From positions 1 to 53,374 of the forward strand of contig DAIDJD010000143.1 of NCBI GenBank assembly GCA_027451505.1: a stretch of DNA of 53,374 bases, read 5' to 3'. Positions 1 through 10,377 of this stretch are shown piece after piece. The first letter of the stretch is position 1. Every line of letters begins with the position of its first letter. A model generated the notes under the pieces. The model did not search any database, was not told the DNA's origin, and saw only the letters and a list, made by a program, of their open reading frames with translations. The translations under genes were made by a program, and so were the position numbers. This DNA is from a candidate division FCPU426 bacterium (lineage in GTDB: Bacteria; Oederibacteriota; JAJYGY01; DAIDJD01).

Positions 1-592
1 CCTCGCGGCGCGAGGCCAGGGCCCGCGCCACGGTCACCTGGTCGGCGTACTCCAGTTCGCTCCCCTGCGGCAGGCCCGCGGCTAGGCGCGTGACGCGGGG
101 CCCCAGCGGCTTGAGCAGCCGCGTCAGGTACAGGGCCGTGGCGTCCCCCTCCACGTCCGGATCCAGGGCCAGGATGACCTCCTCCACCCCCTGCCCCGCC
201 CGTTCCACCAATTCGCGGACCTTCAATTCCCCCGGGCCTATCCCCTCCAACGGCGACAGCACCCCCAGAAGCACGTGGTAGCGGCCCCGGAATTCCGCCG
301 TGGCCTCGATCACGTCGACGTCGCGGGGATCCTCCACCACGCACAACACCCGCCCGTCCCGACGCGGATCCCCGCAGATCGCGCAGAGCTCCCCCGACGC
401 CAGGTACGAGCAACGCGGGCACAGCCGGACCCTGGCGTGCAGGCCGGCCAAGTCCCGGCCCAGGGCCGCGGAAAGGGCGGGTTCGGATTTGAGCAGGTGG
501 AAGGCCAGGCGCTGGGCGCTTTTGCGGCCCACGCCCGGCAGCCGGGCCAGGTTCTCGACCAGGCTCTGGAACGCGGGCGGGTGGCTCGCCAC
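1..592 (-). CDS. recR: Recombination protein RecR (3' end runs off the window)
   Basis: Not in the ORF track. Manual translation from GTG at 592 gives MASHPPAFQSLVENLARLPGVGRKSAQRLAFHLL, a C4 zinc finger (CPRC...CAIC) and a C-terminal TRLAAGLPQGSELEYADQVT. Conserved dnaX-ybaB-recR order. Confidence 0.96.
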   Translation of the reverse strand, partial: MASHPPAFQSLVENLARLPGVGRKSAQRLAFHLLKSEPALSAALGRDLAGLHARVRLCPRCSYLASGELCAICGDPRRDGRVLCVVEDPRDVDVIEATAEFRGRYHVLLGVLSPLEGIGPGELKVRELVERAGQGVEEVILALDPDVEGDATALYLTRLLKPLGPRVTRLAAGLPQGSELEYADQVTVARALASRRE

Positions 593-599
593 GGGGCCG

Positions 600-911
600 C
601 TAGAAGGGCAGCTTGAAGCCGCCGGTGAGGCGGCTCATCTCGGCGGAGGCCTGGGATTGGGCCTGCTCCAAGGCGGCGTTGCAGGCCGCAAGCACCAGGT
701 CCTGGAGCATGTCGCGGTCTCCGGCCCGGACCAGGTCCTCCTGGATCGCCACGGCCTTCAGCTTCATGTCGCAGGTGGCGGTGGCCGTCACGGCCCCGCC
801 GCCGGCGGAGGAGGTGACCTCCTTGAGGGCCAGTTCCTCCTTGAGCTTGGCCATGCGGGCCTGGAGCTGCTGGGCCTGTTTGAGCATGTTTCCCATGTTT
901 CCGGGGAACAT
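600..911 (-). CDS. ybaB: YbaB/EbfC nucleoid-associated protein
   Basis: MFPGNMGNMLKQAQQLQARM...SAGGGAVTATATC...DMLQDLVLAACNAA; lies between dnaX and recR. Confidence 0.95.
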   Translation of the reverse strand: MFPGNMGNMLKQAQQLQARMAKLKEELALKEVTSSAGGGAVTATATCDMKLKAVAIQEDLVRAGDRDMLQDLVLAACNAALEQAQSQASAEMSRLTGGFKLPF

Positions 912-922
912 AGGGCGTCCTC

Positions 923-2722
923 CTAGTCTTCGCTGATCTCGACGATCTCGCCGCCGAAGAGGTCCTGCACCCGCTTCAACTCCGGGCTTTGCGCCAGAAG
1001 GCGCTGGACCTCCTCCGGCGAGGGGGGCGCGCCCTTGGGGCCGCGCGTCCGGGGGGCCGGGGGCTCGTAGGAGACCCGCACCTCGAAGGGGCGCCCATAG
1101 CGGCCCTCCAGGGACGCCTCCAGGCGGCGCTTCTCGGACGGGTCCTCCAGAACCTTGCGCTGGAACGCGTTGACCGCGGCCAGGGTCAGGCGGCCGCCCT
1201 CCAGGGCCTTCAGTCCGGCGTCCTTGGCCGCGGAGGCCAGGTTCAGGGAGCCGGCCGCGAGGTCCGCCACCAGGGCCTCCCAATCCGCGGCCAGGACCGC
1301 CAGGTCCGGTTCCTTGGGCGCGGCGGGTTCCTCCACCGAGAGCACCGGCGGCACGGGTTCCCCGGCCTCGGCCGGGTCCTGGGCCGGGCCCGCAGCGGGC
1401 GCACCCGAGGGCGCCGGGGAGGACTCCATCCCGCCCGTGCCGGGGCCGGGGGCGGCCTCCGGCGCGGGGCCCGGTCGGCCGGCCTCCCGGGCCATCGCCT
1501 TCGCCGCGGGCGCCCCGGACGCGGCGGCGTGCGTCTCCGCGGGGGCCGCCTGGGGCGCGGACCGCAGGCGCTGCTCCAGGTCCCTCAGTTCGTCGACGAT
1601 CTCGCCGAGCCCGGCGGAGGGCCCCGCCGGCGCCAATTCGATGAGCAGCAGCTCCAGGGCCAGCCGGCCCTGGCCGCCGTAGCGCAGCGCGGTCTCGGCG
1701 TCCGAGCAGGCCTTCAGGGCCGTGAATAGCCGCGACAGTCCCAACCCCGGAGCCGCCGCCGCCAGGGCCGCCGCGGTCTCGGGAAGGAGTTCGGCGTCGG
1801 CCCCACCCTGGGGCGCGGCCTTCATCAGGATGAGCCCCCGCAGCAGCGCCCGGAAGGCCTCCAGGACCTGCTCCAAGTCCGCGCCGCGCTGGTACTGCTC
1901 CTGAAGCCACTCCAGGGCCTCGGCCAGGTCCCCCCGCAGGGCCGCCGACAAGGCGGCCCAAGCCTGCCCCTCCTGGACGCCCCCCAGGACCGCCAGCACG
2001 TCCTCGGCGCGCAGGGCCCGGCGTTCACCCCCGGTCAGGGCGAAGGAGATGACCTGGTCCAGCAGCGTCTGGCTGTCCCGGACGCTCCCCTCGCCGGCGC
2101 GGGCCACCAGGCGCAGGGCCTCCTCGGAGGCGCCCAGCCCCTCGGCCTCCAGGATGCGGGCCAGCTGGGCCGCGACGTCGGCCGAGCCCACCCTGCGGAA
2201 GTCGAAGCGCTGGGTGCGGCTGACGATGGTGGCGGGGACCTTGGACGCCTCGGTGGTGGCGAAGATGAAGACGACGTGCGGGGGCGGCTCCTCAAGGGTC
2301 TTCAGCAGGGCGTTGAAGGCCGCCTGCGAGAGCATATGCACTTCGTCGATGATGTAGACCTTGTAGCGGTCGCGGGCGCCGACGTACTGGACCTTCTCCC
2401 GCAGCGCGCGCACGTCCTCGACGCTGTTGTTGCTGGCGCCGTCGATCTCGATGACGTCGACGCTGCCCGGTCCGGCCACCTCAAGGCAGGCCGGGCAGGC
2501 CAGGCAGGGATGCGGGGTGGGGCCCTTCTCGCACTTGAGGGCCTTGGCCAGGATGCGCGCGGTCGAGGTCTTGCCCACGCCGCGCGGCCCGGTGAAGAGG
2601 TACCCGTGCGCCACCCTGCCCGCGGCCACCGCGTTCTGCAGCGTGCGGGTGACGTGGGCCTGGCCGACGACGTCCTCAAAGGTCTGGGGGCGCCATTTTC
2701 GGGCGATGACGAGGTAGGACAT
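923..2722 (-). CDS. dnaX: DNA polymerase III subunit gamma/tau
   Basis: ARKWRPQTF, Walker A GPRGVGKT, EIDGASNNSV, IDEVHML, FNALLKTLEEPP; Pro/Ala-rich linker. Confidence 0.98.
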   Translation of the reverse strand: MSYLVIARKWRPQTFEDVVGQAHVTRTLQNAVAAGRVAHGYLFTGPRGVGKTSTARILAKALKCEKGPTPHPCLACPACLEVAGPGSVDVIEIDGASNNSVEDVRALREKVQYVGARDRYKVYIIDEVHMLSQAAFNALLKTLEEPPPHVVFIFATTEASKVPATIVSRTQRFDFRRVGSADVAAQLARILEAEGLGASEEALRLVARAGEGSVRDSQTLLDQVISFALTGGERRALRAEDVLAVLGGVQEGQAWAALSAALRGDLAEALEWLQEQYQRGADLEQVLEAFRALLRGLILMKAAPQGGADAELLPETAAALAAAAPGLGLSRLFTALKACSDAETALRYGGQGRLALELLLIELAPAGPSAGLGEIVDELRDLEQRLRSAPQAAPAETHAAASGAPAAKAMAREAGRPGPAPEAAPGPGTGGMESSPAPSGAPAAGPAQDPAEAGEPVPPVLSVEEPAAPKEPDLAVLAADWEALVADLAAGSLNLASAAKDAGLKALEGGRLTLAAVNAFQRKVLEDPSEKRRLEASLEGRYGRPFEVRVSYEPPAPRTRGPKGAPPSPEEVQRLLAQSPELKRVQDLFGGEIVEISED

Positions 2723-2730
2723 GGGGCCTT

Positions 2731-2873
2731 CCGCGCCGGCGCGGGGCTGGCGGCAGGGTGGCCGGCTTCACACCGCTCCCAGGTACCGCTGCTCCCTTCC
2801 GGGCCTGACGGGGTTCCCTGGTCGCACACGTTGAGCCGGGCCCGGCCGCCAGCCCGGCGCCGGCGCCGCGCGG
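2731..2873 (-). ncRNA. ffs: Signal recognition particle RNA (4.5S/ffs); ends approximate
   Basis: The minus strand contains the SRP helix-8 signature GTCAGGCCCGGAAGGGAGCAGC inside a long self-complementary stem. Position upstream of dnaX is typical. Confidence 0.92.
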
Positions 2874-2938
2874 GATGGAGGACGGCCGCGCGCCCTTCAA
2901 GGGCGGACGGGAGGTCGATGATATCCCCGCCGGGCCCC

Positions 2939-4132
2939 TCAAGGCAAGCGGGGGGCCTCCCTGGCGGGGCGCCCGGCCGCCTCGGCGAAGGCCGCCAAGT
3001 GGCCCCGGGCGCTGCGGTCCCAGGAGAAACGGACGGCCCGGGCGCGGCCGGCCCGCGCCAGACGGAACCGGGCCCCGGGGGCGCAGGCTCGCGCCAGCCC
3101 TCGGGCGAGATCGGGGACATCCAAGGGATCGGCGTAGACCGCGGCCGGGCCGGCCACCTCGGGGAGGGCGCCGGCCCGGGCCGCCAGCACCGGGCATCCC
3201 AATCCGAAGGCCTCCAGCACCGGGAGGCCGAACCCCTCCTCCAGGCTGGGGAAGGCGTAGCACAGGGCGCCCTGGTAGAGGGCCTTGAGCGCGGGGTCGT
3301 CGACGTAGGGCAGGAACCGCACGGCCCCGGCCACGCCGGCCGAGGCGGCGGTGCGGGCGTAGGTGGTGGTGGCCGCCTCGCCCGGGCGCAGCGAGGTCAC
3401 CACCAGTTCCGCCCGGGAGAGGCCCCCCCGCCCGGCGCGGGCCCGGGCGAAGGCCAGGATGAGGCGGTCGATGTTCTTGCGCCGGTCCGAGGCCCCCGAG
3501 GCCAGCACATAGGAACCCTCCACGCCCAGTCCCCGGCGCAGTTCCGCGGCCTGGGCCGCGGGCAGGGGCTCCCGGAAGGCCGGGTCCGCGGCCGAGGGCA
3601 GCACCCGCACGCGCGCGGGATCCACCCCCAGGGCGGCGACGGCGGCGGCCGAATGGCGCGACACCGTAAGCACCAAGGCGGCGGCATGGGCCGCGCGGGG
3701 GCAGACGAACTTGCGGTAGGGGTCCTGGAGGCGCTGGCGCGCCGTGGGGCGGGCGATGGCCTCCCGCAGCGGCCGCAGCCATAGGGTGTCGTGGAGGGTC
3801 AGCGCCAGGGGCAGGCCGGGCCCCAGGGGGCCGGTGTTGTCAGGGAAGTGCAGCACGTCCGCCCCCCAACTCCGCGCGCGCCAGGGGATGACGCACTGCT
3901 CGGCCAACACGGGATGGAGACGGGAAAGGTCCTCGGTGTCGAAGCGGGGGTCGCGGGGCACCAGGTCCCGCACCGAGGCCCGGCCGAGGTAGAGCCGCAG
4001 GCGCACATCCTCCCGGGAGGCGGCCACGGCGCGCAACAGGTTGGCCAAATAGCGGCCTATGCCCCGTTGGCCCAGCACCCGAGCGTCCACGGCCACGGCC
4101 AGCGGCCGGCCGACGCCCTTCAGAACCGCCAC
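2939..4132 (-). CDS. Glycosyltransferase family 4 (GT-B fold); start approximate
   Basis: DARVLGQRGIGRY N-terminus, LTLHD, RKNIDRLI, and FPSLEEGFGLPVLEA (EX7E motif). Confidence 0.9.
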   Translation of the reverse strand: MAVLKGVGRPLAVAVDARVLGQRGIGRYLANLLRAVAASREDVRLRLYLGRASVRDLVPRDPRFDTEDLSRLHPVLAEQCVIPWRARSWGADVLHFPDNTGPLGPGLPLALTLHDTLWLRPLREAIARPTARQRLQDPYRKFVCPRAAHAAALVLTVSRHSAAAVAALGVDPARVRVLPSAADPAFREPLPAAQAAELRRGLGVEGSYVLASGASDRRKNIDRLILAFARARAGRGGLSRAELVVTSLRPGEAATTTYARTAASAGVAGAVRFLPYVDDPALKALYQGALCYAFPSLEEGFGLPVLEAFGLGCPVLAARAGALPEVAGPAAVYADPLDVPDLARGLARACAPGARFRLARAGRARAVRFSWDRSARGHLAAFAEAAGRPAREAPRLP

Positions 4133-4692
4133 AGCAGGGCTGCCGCCGTCAGCACCGGGGCCCCCAGGAGCCCGGCCAGGGCGTCGTCGACCACGATGCC
4201 CCAGCCCCCGGGCAGGGACTGGCTGCGCCCCACCGGGCCGGGCTTCCACACGTCGAGGATCCGGAAGAGCAGGAAGGCGGCGGCATAGGTGCGGAAGTCG
4301 GCGAACGCGGACCCAGGCAGGAAGGCCATCGTCAGGAGGGTGCCCACGGTCTCGTCGACCACCGCGGCACCGGGGTCGTGGCGCCCCAGCGCGGCCTCGA
4401 TGCGGCCGGCCGCGGCCACGGCCGGCAGGAAGAGCGCCAAGGCCGCGGCCAGGCACCAGGGGTTCCAGGGCCCCCAGGCGGGCAGGCGCCCCAGGGCCCA
4501 GGCCAGGGGGAGCGTGGCCAGGGTCCCGGCCGTGCCCGGGGCCACCGGGGAGAGCCCGGAGCCGAACCAGGTGCCCAGGACCCAGGCCCAGGCCGGGGCC
4601 GCCTTGCGGGCCGCGGGGGTCGCGGCGGGGGGCCCGTCCGGCGCGGGGGCCGGAGGCCGGTTCCGGCGCGGCCGACGGACGGCGGGGCTCAC
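4120..4692 (-). CDS. pgpA: Phosphatidylglycerophosphatase A
   Basis: FGSGLSPVAPGTAGT, HDPGAAVVDETVG, FRILDVWKP, GIVVDDALAG. Confidence 0.95.
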   Translation of the reverse strand: MSPAVRRPRRNRPPAPAPDGPPAATPAARKAAPAWAWVLGTWFGSGLSPVAPGTAGTLATLPLAWALGRLPAWGPWNPWCLAAALALFLPAVAAAGRIEAALGRHDPGAAVVDETVGTLLTMAFLPGSAFADFRTYAAAFLLFRILDVWKPGPVGRSQSLPGGWGIVVDDALAGLLGAPVLTAAALLWRF

Positions 4693-5470
4693 GGGTCCAA
4701 CCTCTCGGCGTCCTCAAGCTCCAGGCAGACCACCTCCCAATTCCTGCGGAAGTAGTGGATGCCCGAGACGATGGCCAGGGCCGCCGAGGCGAGCATGGCC
4801 CAATAGGGCACCGCGTTGGTGTCGAGCATCTCGGCGCTGATCCAGCCGGCCGACCCGAGGTTGCCCAGGCGCAGGCGCCAGTCCGGCACCGCCGCGTTGA
4901 GGGTGTTCTGGAGGCAGTACACCAGCATGCCCCCCACCACGGCGACCACCTGCAGCGCGGTCTTGGCCTTGCCCCAGGCGTCGGCCGCCAGCACGTGGCG
5001 GCGGGCGGCCATGAGGATGCGCAACCCCATGACGGCCAGTTCCCGCCACCAGATGACCACGATCATCCAGCCCGGCACCAGGCCGAGCTGCACGAACAGG
5101 ATCATGGCCGTGAGCATGAGCAGCTTGTCGGCCAGGGGGTCCATCACCTTGCCGAAGTTGGTGACCATGCGGAAGCGCCGGGCCACATAACCGTCGAGCC
5201 AGTCGGTGAAGGCGCAGATCCCGAAGACGCCCAGGCCCAGCCACTGCGAGACCACCCCGTCGCCCAGGAAGAGCCAGGCGTAGAGGGGCAGAAGGGCGAT
5301 GCGCAGCAGGGTGAGCTGGTTGGCCAGGTTGACCTTGTGGATGCGGAACAGCGGGAAGGGCAGCGCCAGGAAGCGCCGGAGCAGGCGGGCCCCCTCCCGC
5401 ACCGGGCGCGTCCGGCCCCCGGCGGCGGCGCGTCCGGCCCGCGCCTCGGCCCGCGGGCCCAGGGCCGCCT

Positions 5471-5474
<4 letters not shown>
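4689..5474 (-). CDS. pgsA: CDP-diacylglycerol--glycerol-3-phosphate 3-phosphatidyltransferase
   Basis: NLANQLTLLRI, TDWLDGYVARRFRMVTNFGKVMDPLADK (CDP-alcohol phosphotransferase motif), WGKAKT. Start taken at the GTGA overlap with the rimO stop; it may be further downstream. Confidence 0.95.
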
Positions 5475-6904
<1,430 letters not shown>

Positions 6905-6910
6905 GGCTCC

Positions 6911-8068
6911 CTAGTTCCGCGGCGCGGGCGTCGCCGCAGCCGCGGCCGCGCGGGCCCGCTCCAGGCGGGATTCGGCGATCCTGAGCGCCTGAACCACGGT
7001 GTCGTCCTCGTTGGTGTTGGCCAGGGCCTTCTCCACGGCCGGGAGGGCCGAGGGGTCGCCGATGGCCGCCAGGGCCAGGGCCACCTGGATGCGCACCAGC
7101 GGGCTCCGGTCGCGCCACACCGCCGCGGCCATGCGCGGGGGCACGGTCTTGAGGTGCTCACCCAGCCGGAAGGCGGCGTCGCGACGCTCGAAGGGCGAGG
7201 AGGCGGTGTAGAGCTTGCGCAGTTCCTGGCGGTCCTGGTAGAAGTCGAAGTCCGCGGGATCCCAGGCGAAACGCTCGCTGTAGCGCACCGTCGACGAGGG
7301 CGGGGCCTGGGCCTCGGGCACGCCCATGTAGTGTTCGAACTCCTCCCGCCGCATCCAGGGGTAGCTGTCGATGCGCACCCGGCGCAGGATGGACTGGTTC
7401 CCGGGGAAGACCAGCTTCTCGGTGACGTGCTCGGAGTGCCCCAGGTACTTGGCCGTGATGTAGGCGTCGTCGACCTCCTGGAAGGTCAGGCGCATGCGCC
7501 CCTCCTCATCGTAGCGGAAGAGGCTGGCCACCTGGACCCGGCCGTAGATGTCGTCCTGGACGATGTGCTTGACCTCCCAGAAGCGGATGTCGTCGCCCAG
7601 GATGTCGGGGAAGGCCGTCCACAGGCCCCGGACGGGGTCCGTCTTGAAACGGAACACCTGGAACGCCCTCCAAGGGCGCTCGCCCCGCCCGTCCTGGCGC
7701 AGGATCACCGCGTACCAGTGCTGGCGGCCCAGCTCCGGGACGGTGAGGACGGCGAGCTTGAGGCGCTCGAACTCCAGGAACTGGGCCGTGACGCGGACCG
7801 GCGCGTCGAAACGCGGGTAGGCAACCTCGCCCCGGCCCCTATCCTCCCGGATGAAGCCCAGGGCCTTGAGCGCGGCGGCGTGCCGGAAGGGGTCGGTGGT
7901 GCGCAGGCCGGCCATGACGTCCTCGAGCTTGACCAGGGGCTGGTCGGCCTCGAGGGTCCAGGTGCGGTACCCGGGGCCCTGGACCACGACCGGGCGCGGG
8001 TCGAGGGCCCGGAGCGAGCCGGCGAAGGCCAGCAGGAGGGCGGCGACGATCGTCAGGGAACGCTTCAT
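6911..8068 (-). CDS. Secreted hypothetical protein with C-terminal HEAT (PBS lyase-like) repeats
   Basis: Signal peptide MKRSLTIVAALLLAFAGSLRA; C-terminal RRDAAFRLG and DRSPLVRIQVALALAAIGDPSALPAVEKAL repeats; GGAG upstream of the start. Confidence 0.75.
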   Translation of the reverse strand: MKRSLTIVAALLLAFAGSLRALDPRPVVVQGPGYRTWTLEADQPLVKLEDVMAGLRTTDPFRHAAALKALGFIREDRGRGEVAYPRFDAPVRVTAQFLEFERLKLAVLTVPELGRQHWYAVILRQDGRGERPWRAFQVFRFKTDPVRGLWTAFPDILGDDIRFWEVKHIVQDDIYGRVQVASLFRYDEEGRMRLTFQEVDDAYITAKYLGHSEHVTEKLVFPGNQSILRRVRIDSYPWMRREEFEHYMGVPEAQAPPSSTVRYSERFAWDPADFDFYQDRQELRKLYTASSPFERRDAAFRLGEHLKTVPPRMAAAVWRDRSPLVRIQVALALAAIGDPSALPAVEKALANTNEDDTVVQALRIAESRLERARAAAAAATPAPRN

Positions 8069-8076
8069 GCACGCTC

Positions 8077-8574
8077 CTACTTGAAATTGGTGAACTGGAT
8101 GTCGAGCTCCAGGTCCATGCCCCGCACCAGGGCCATGACGGCCTGCAGTTCGTCCTTGCTCTTGGACGCTACCCGTACGCTGTCGCCCTGGATGCTGGCG
8201 GTGACCTTGAGCTTCTTGTCCTTGATGGCGGCCACGATCTGCTTGGCCTTCTCCGCGGGGATCCCGTCGACGAGCTTGGCCTTGCGCCGCCACAGGCCCC
8301 CGCCCGCGGGTTCGGGGTCCTTGAGTTCCAGGCAGCGCAGGCTCAGGCCCCGCTTGACCAACCGGCCCTGGAGCACGTCCAGGACGGACTTCAGCCGGCC
8401 CTCGCTGTCGCTCTCCAGGCGCAATTCCTTGGCCTTGAGGTCGAGCTCCACCTTCGTGTGGACGCCGCGGAAGTCGAACCGGGTGGCCAATTCCTTGAGG
8501 GTCTGGTTGACGGCGTTGTCGAGTTCCTGGGCGTCGGGCTTGGATACGATGTCGAAGGAATTCTCGGAAGGCAT
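8077..8574 (-). CDS. yajQ: YajQ family nucleotide/c-di-GMP-binding protein
   Basis: SFDIVSK, RFDFRG, ASIQGDSVRVASKSKDELQAV, IQFTNF. Confidence 0.96.
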   Translation of the reverse strand: MPSENSFDIVSKPDAQELDNAVNQTLKELATRFDFRGVHTKVELDLKAKELRLESDSEGRLKSVLDVLQGRLVKRGLSLRCLELKDPEPAGGGLWRRKAKLVDGIPAEKAKQIVAAIKDKKLKVTASIQGDSVRVASKSKDELQAVMALVRGMDLELDIQFTNFK

Positions 8575-8593
8575 GCTCCTCCCTTCTCGTTGG

Positions 8594-9628
8594 CTATTCG
8601 ATGCCGGCGGGCAGGGGCAGGTCCGCCCCGGGATCCGGGCGCGGCTCATGGCCCCTCTCGAAGACCAGCCCGTTGGTTCGCCGGTCCAGCGGGCCCAGGT
8701 ACCCCAGGTTGTCCCCCTGCCACCACACTCTCAGGGCCCCGATGTTGCCGGCCAGGAGCACGGCCCGGTCGTCGACCTGGAAACGCACCTTTTGCCCGTC
8801 GGCCAGGGTCAGGGTCTCGGGAGGGCGGCCGTCAACCTTGAGCACCAGCCAGCAGGGGCGGCGGGCCCTCAGGACCAGGGAGGTCGGCGCACCGGCGTCG
8901 GCCCCCGCGGCCGTCCCCGAGGCCGACACGGAGGCGCCGGCGGAGGCCGCGTCATAGGCCCGCATGGCCTCCGGGGCCAAGCGTCCGACCGGTCCCCCGC
9001 CCAGGGCGCCCGGAGCCGGGACCGCGGCCGCCGGGTGGGCGCCCGGAGCCGTTGCCGCCGTGGCGGCGGCCGGGGTGGCCGCGGCCAGGATGGCGGCGGC
9101 TTCGCGGTCGCGCCAGCGCTGCACCGACCAGGCGGCCAGGAAGCTCAGGGAGCCTGCGGCGCCCAAAAGGGCCAGGAGCAGGCCCAGGGGCAGGGCGCGC
9201 AGCCGGGCCGAGGCCTCCAGCATGGCGGATCCCCGCGCCTCCCCCCCCTCCCGCCGGGCGGCGGCGTAGACGGGCTCCAGGGGCGCGCCCTCCGGGCCGG
9301 CCTTATGGGCCAGGGAGGGCGGCGGAGCGGGCGTGTCGAAACTGCGGTCCCCGCCCGGCCGGGCCGGAACGGGCGCGGTGGCGGCCAGGGTCCTCAGGGC
9401 CAGGTCCGCGGCGCGGGTCCCATCGGTTCCGCAGGCGCGGGCGATGGCCACGCTGAAGGCCCGCACATGGGTGTTGGAGGGCAGCTCGCCCCAGCGGCCG
9501 GCCTCCAGGGCCTCCACGAAGCGCGCCTGGATCTTGGTCCGGGCGCACACCGCCTCCACATCGAGGCCGGCGGAGCGGCGCAGCCCCGCCAAGTACCCTG
9601 CCAGGTTCTCCTCGTCTCGTCCGCTCAC
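8594..9628 (-). CDS. rodZ: RodZ-like protein (HTH, TM helix, DUF4115)
   Basis: N-terminal HTH (TKIQARFVEALEAGRWGELP), a single TM helix, and a periplasmic domain CWLVLKVDG...GNIGAL; follows ftsK-lolA. Confidence 0.88.
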   Translation of the reverse strand: MSGRDEENLAGYLAGLRRSAGLDVEAVCARTKIQARFVEALEAGRWGELPSNTHVRAFSVAIARACGTDGTRAADLALRTLAATAPVPARPGGDRSFDTPAPPPSLAHKAGPEGAPLEPVYAAARREGGEARGSAMLEASARLRALPLGLLLALLGAAGSLSFLAAWSVQRWRDREAAAILAAATPAAATAATAPGAHPAAAVPAPGALGGGPVGRLAPEAMRAYDAASAGASVSASGTAAGADAGAPTSLVLRARRPCWLVLKVDGRPPETLTLADGQKVRFQVDDRAVLLAGNIGALRVWWQGDNLGYLGPLDRRTNGLVFERGHEPRPDPGADLPLPAGIE

Positions 9629-10377
9629 AGCCCGTCCATGTCGAAGACCTGGTACCGCCGCGGGGGCCGGTACCGGAACGCGTCCTTGCGCAGCCTTTGG
9701 CCGGGGTCGGCGCGAAGCCCCGCCGCGCTCATGGCCCGCACCCCGGGGAAGTCGATGTCGTCGCGCACCCCGGCCCGGTCCAGGACCACGCGCAGCACCA
9801 CCCAGCGGCGCACGTTGACCCACACCTTCAGGCGCCGGAAGTCCGCCACCGCGCCGCGCCGGGGGGTCAACACCAGGGCCTGGTCCCAGTCCGGGTTGAA
9901 CCCGGGGCCCAGGCGGGCCGGCCGGGGCTTCCCCAAAGCGGCATAATGCCGAATGCTGCTTGCCAGGTCGAGGAAGAAATTCCCGCCCGCGGCCAGGCGG
10001 GCCTGGTCGTAGCGGTAGACCTGGCCGACCTGGGGCAGTTCCACCCAGAGGTGGCGCCCGTCGGCCACCACCAGCCCCTTGGCCGGCGCCGTGATGCGCA
10101 GGCGGGCCTTCCCGCGCGCGCACAGGAGCCTCCCCCGGGTCACCTGGGCCCGACCCCGCGGACGATCCCGCGCGTCCAGGCGCCGCTCCACTTTGACCAC
10201 CCCGGCGCGGGTCCAGTAGCGGGAATCCTGGGCCGCCAACAGGCGGCGGATCAGGTCCCCGGGGCTATAGTGCGGACGCCTCCCGCGGGCCGCCAGCGGG
10301 GCCGTCGGCGGCAGCGCGGCCAGCAGGGCCGCGGCCAGGACCACCCCGACGGCGGCCCGGGGCGCCCACGGCCTCAC
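9625..10377 (-). CDS. lolA: Outer membrane lipoprotein carrier LolA-like
   Basis: Signal peptide; GRLLCARGKARL...LVVADGRHLWVELPQVGQV; C-terminal FRYRPP; directly after ftsK. Confidence 0.78.
   Translation of the reverse strand: MRPWAPRAAVGVVLAAALLAALPPTAPLAARGRRPHYSPGDLIRRLLAAQDSRYWTRAGVVKVERRLDARDRPRGRAQVTRGRLLCARGKARLRITAPAKGLVVADGRHLWVELPQVGQVYRYDQARLAAGGNFFLDLASSIRHYAALGKPRPARLGPGFNPDWDQALVLTPRRGAVADFRRLKVWVNVRRWVVLRVVLDRAGVRDDIDFPGVRAMSAAGLRADPGQRLRKDAFRYRPPRRYQVFDMDGL

Noticed and set aside
923-2722. Programmed frameshift in dnaX (gamma/tau)
   Set aside because: No A-AAA-AAG or poly-A slippery site was seen on the coding strand.
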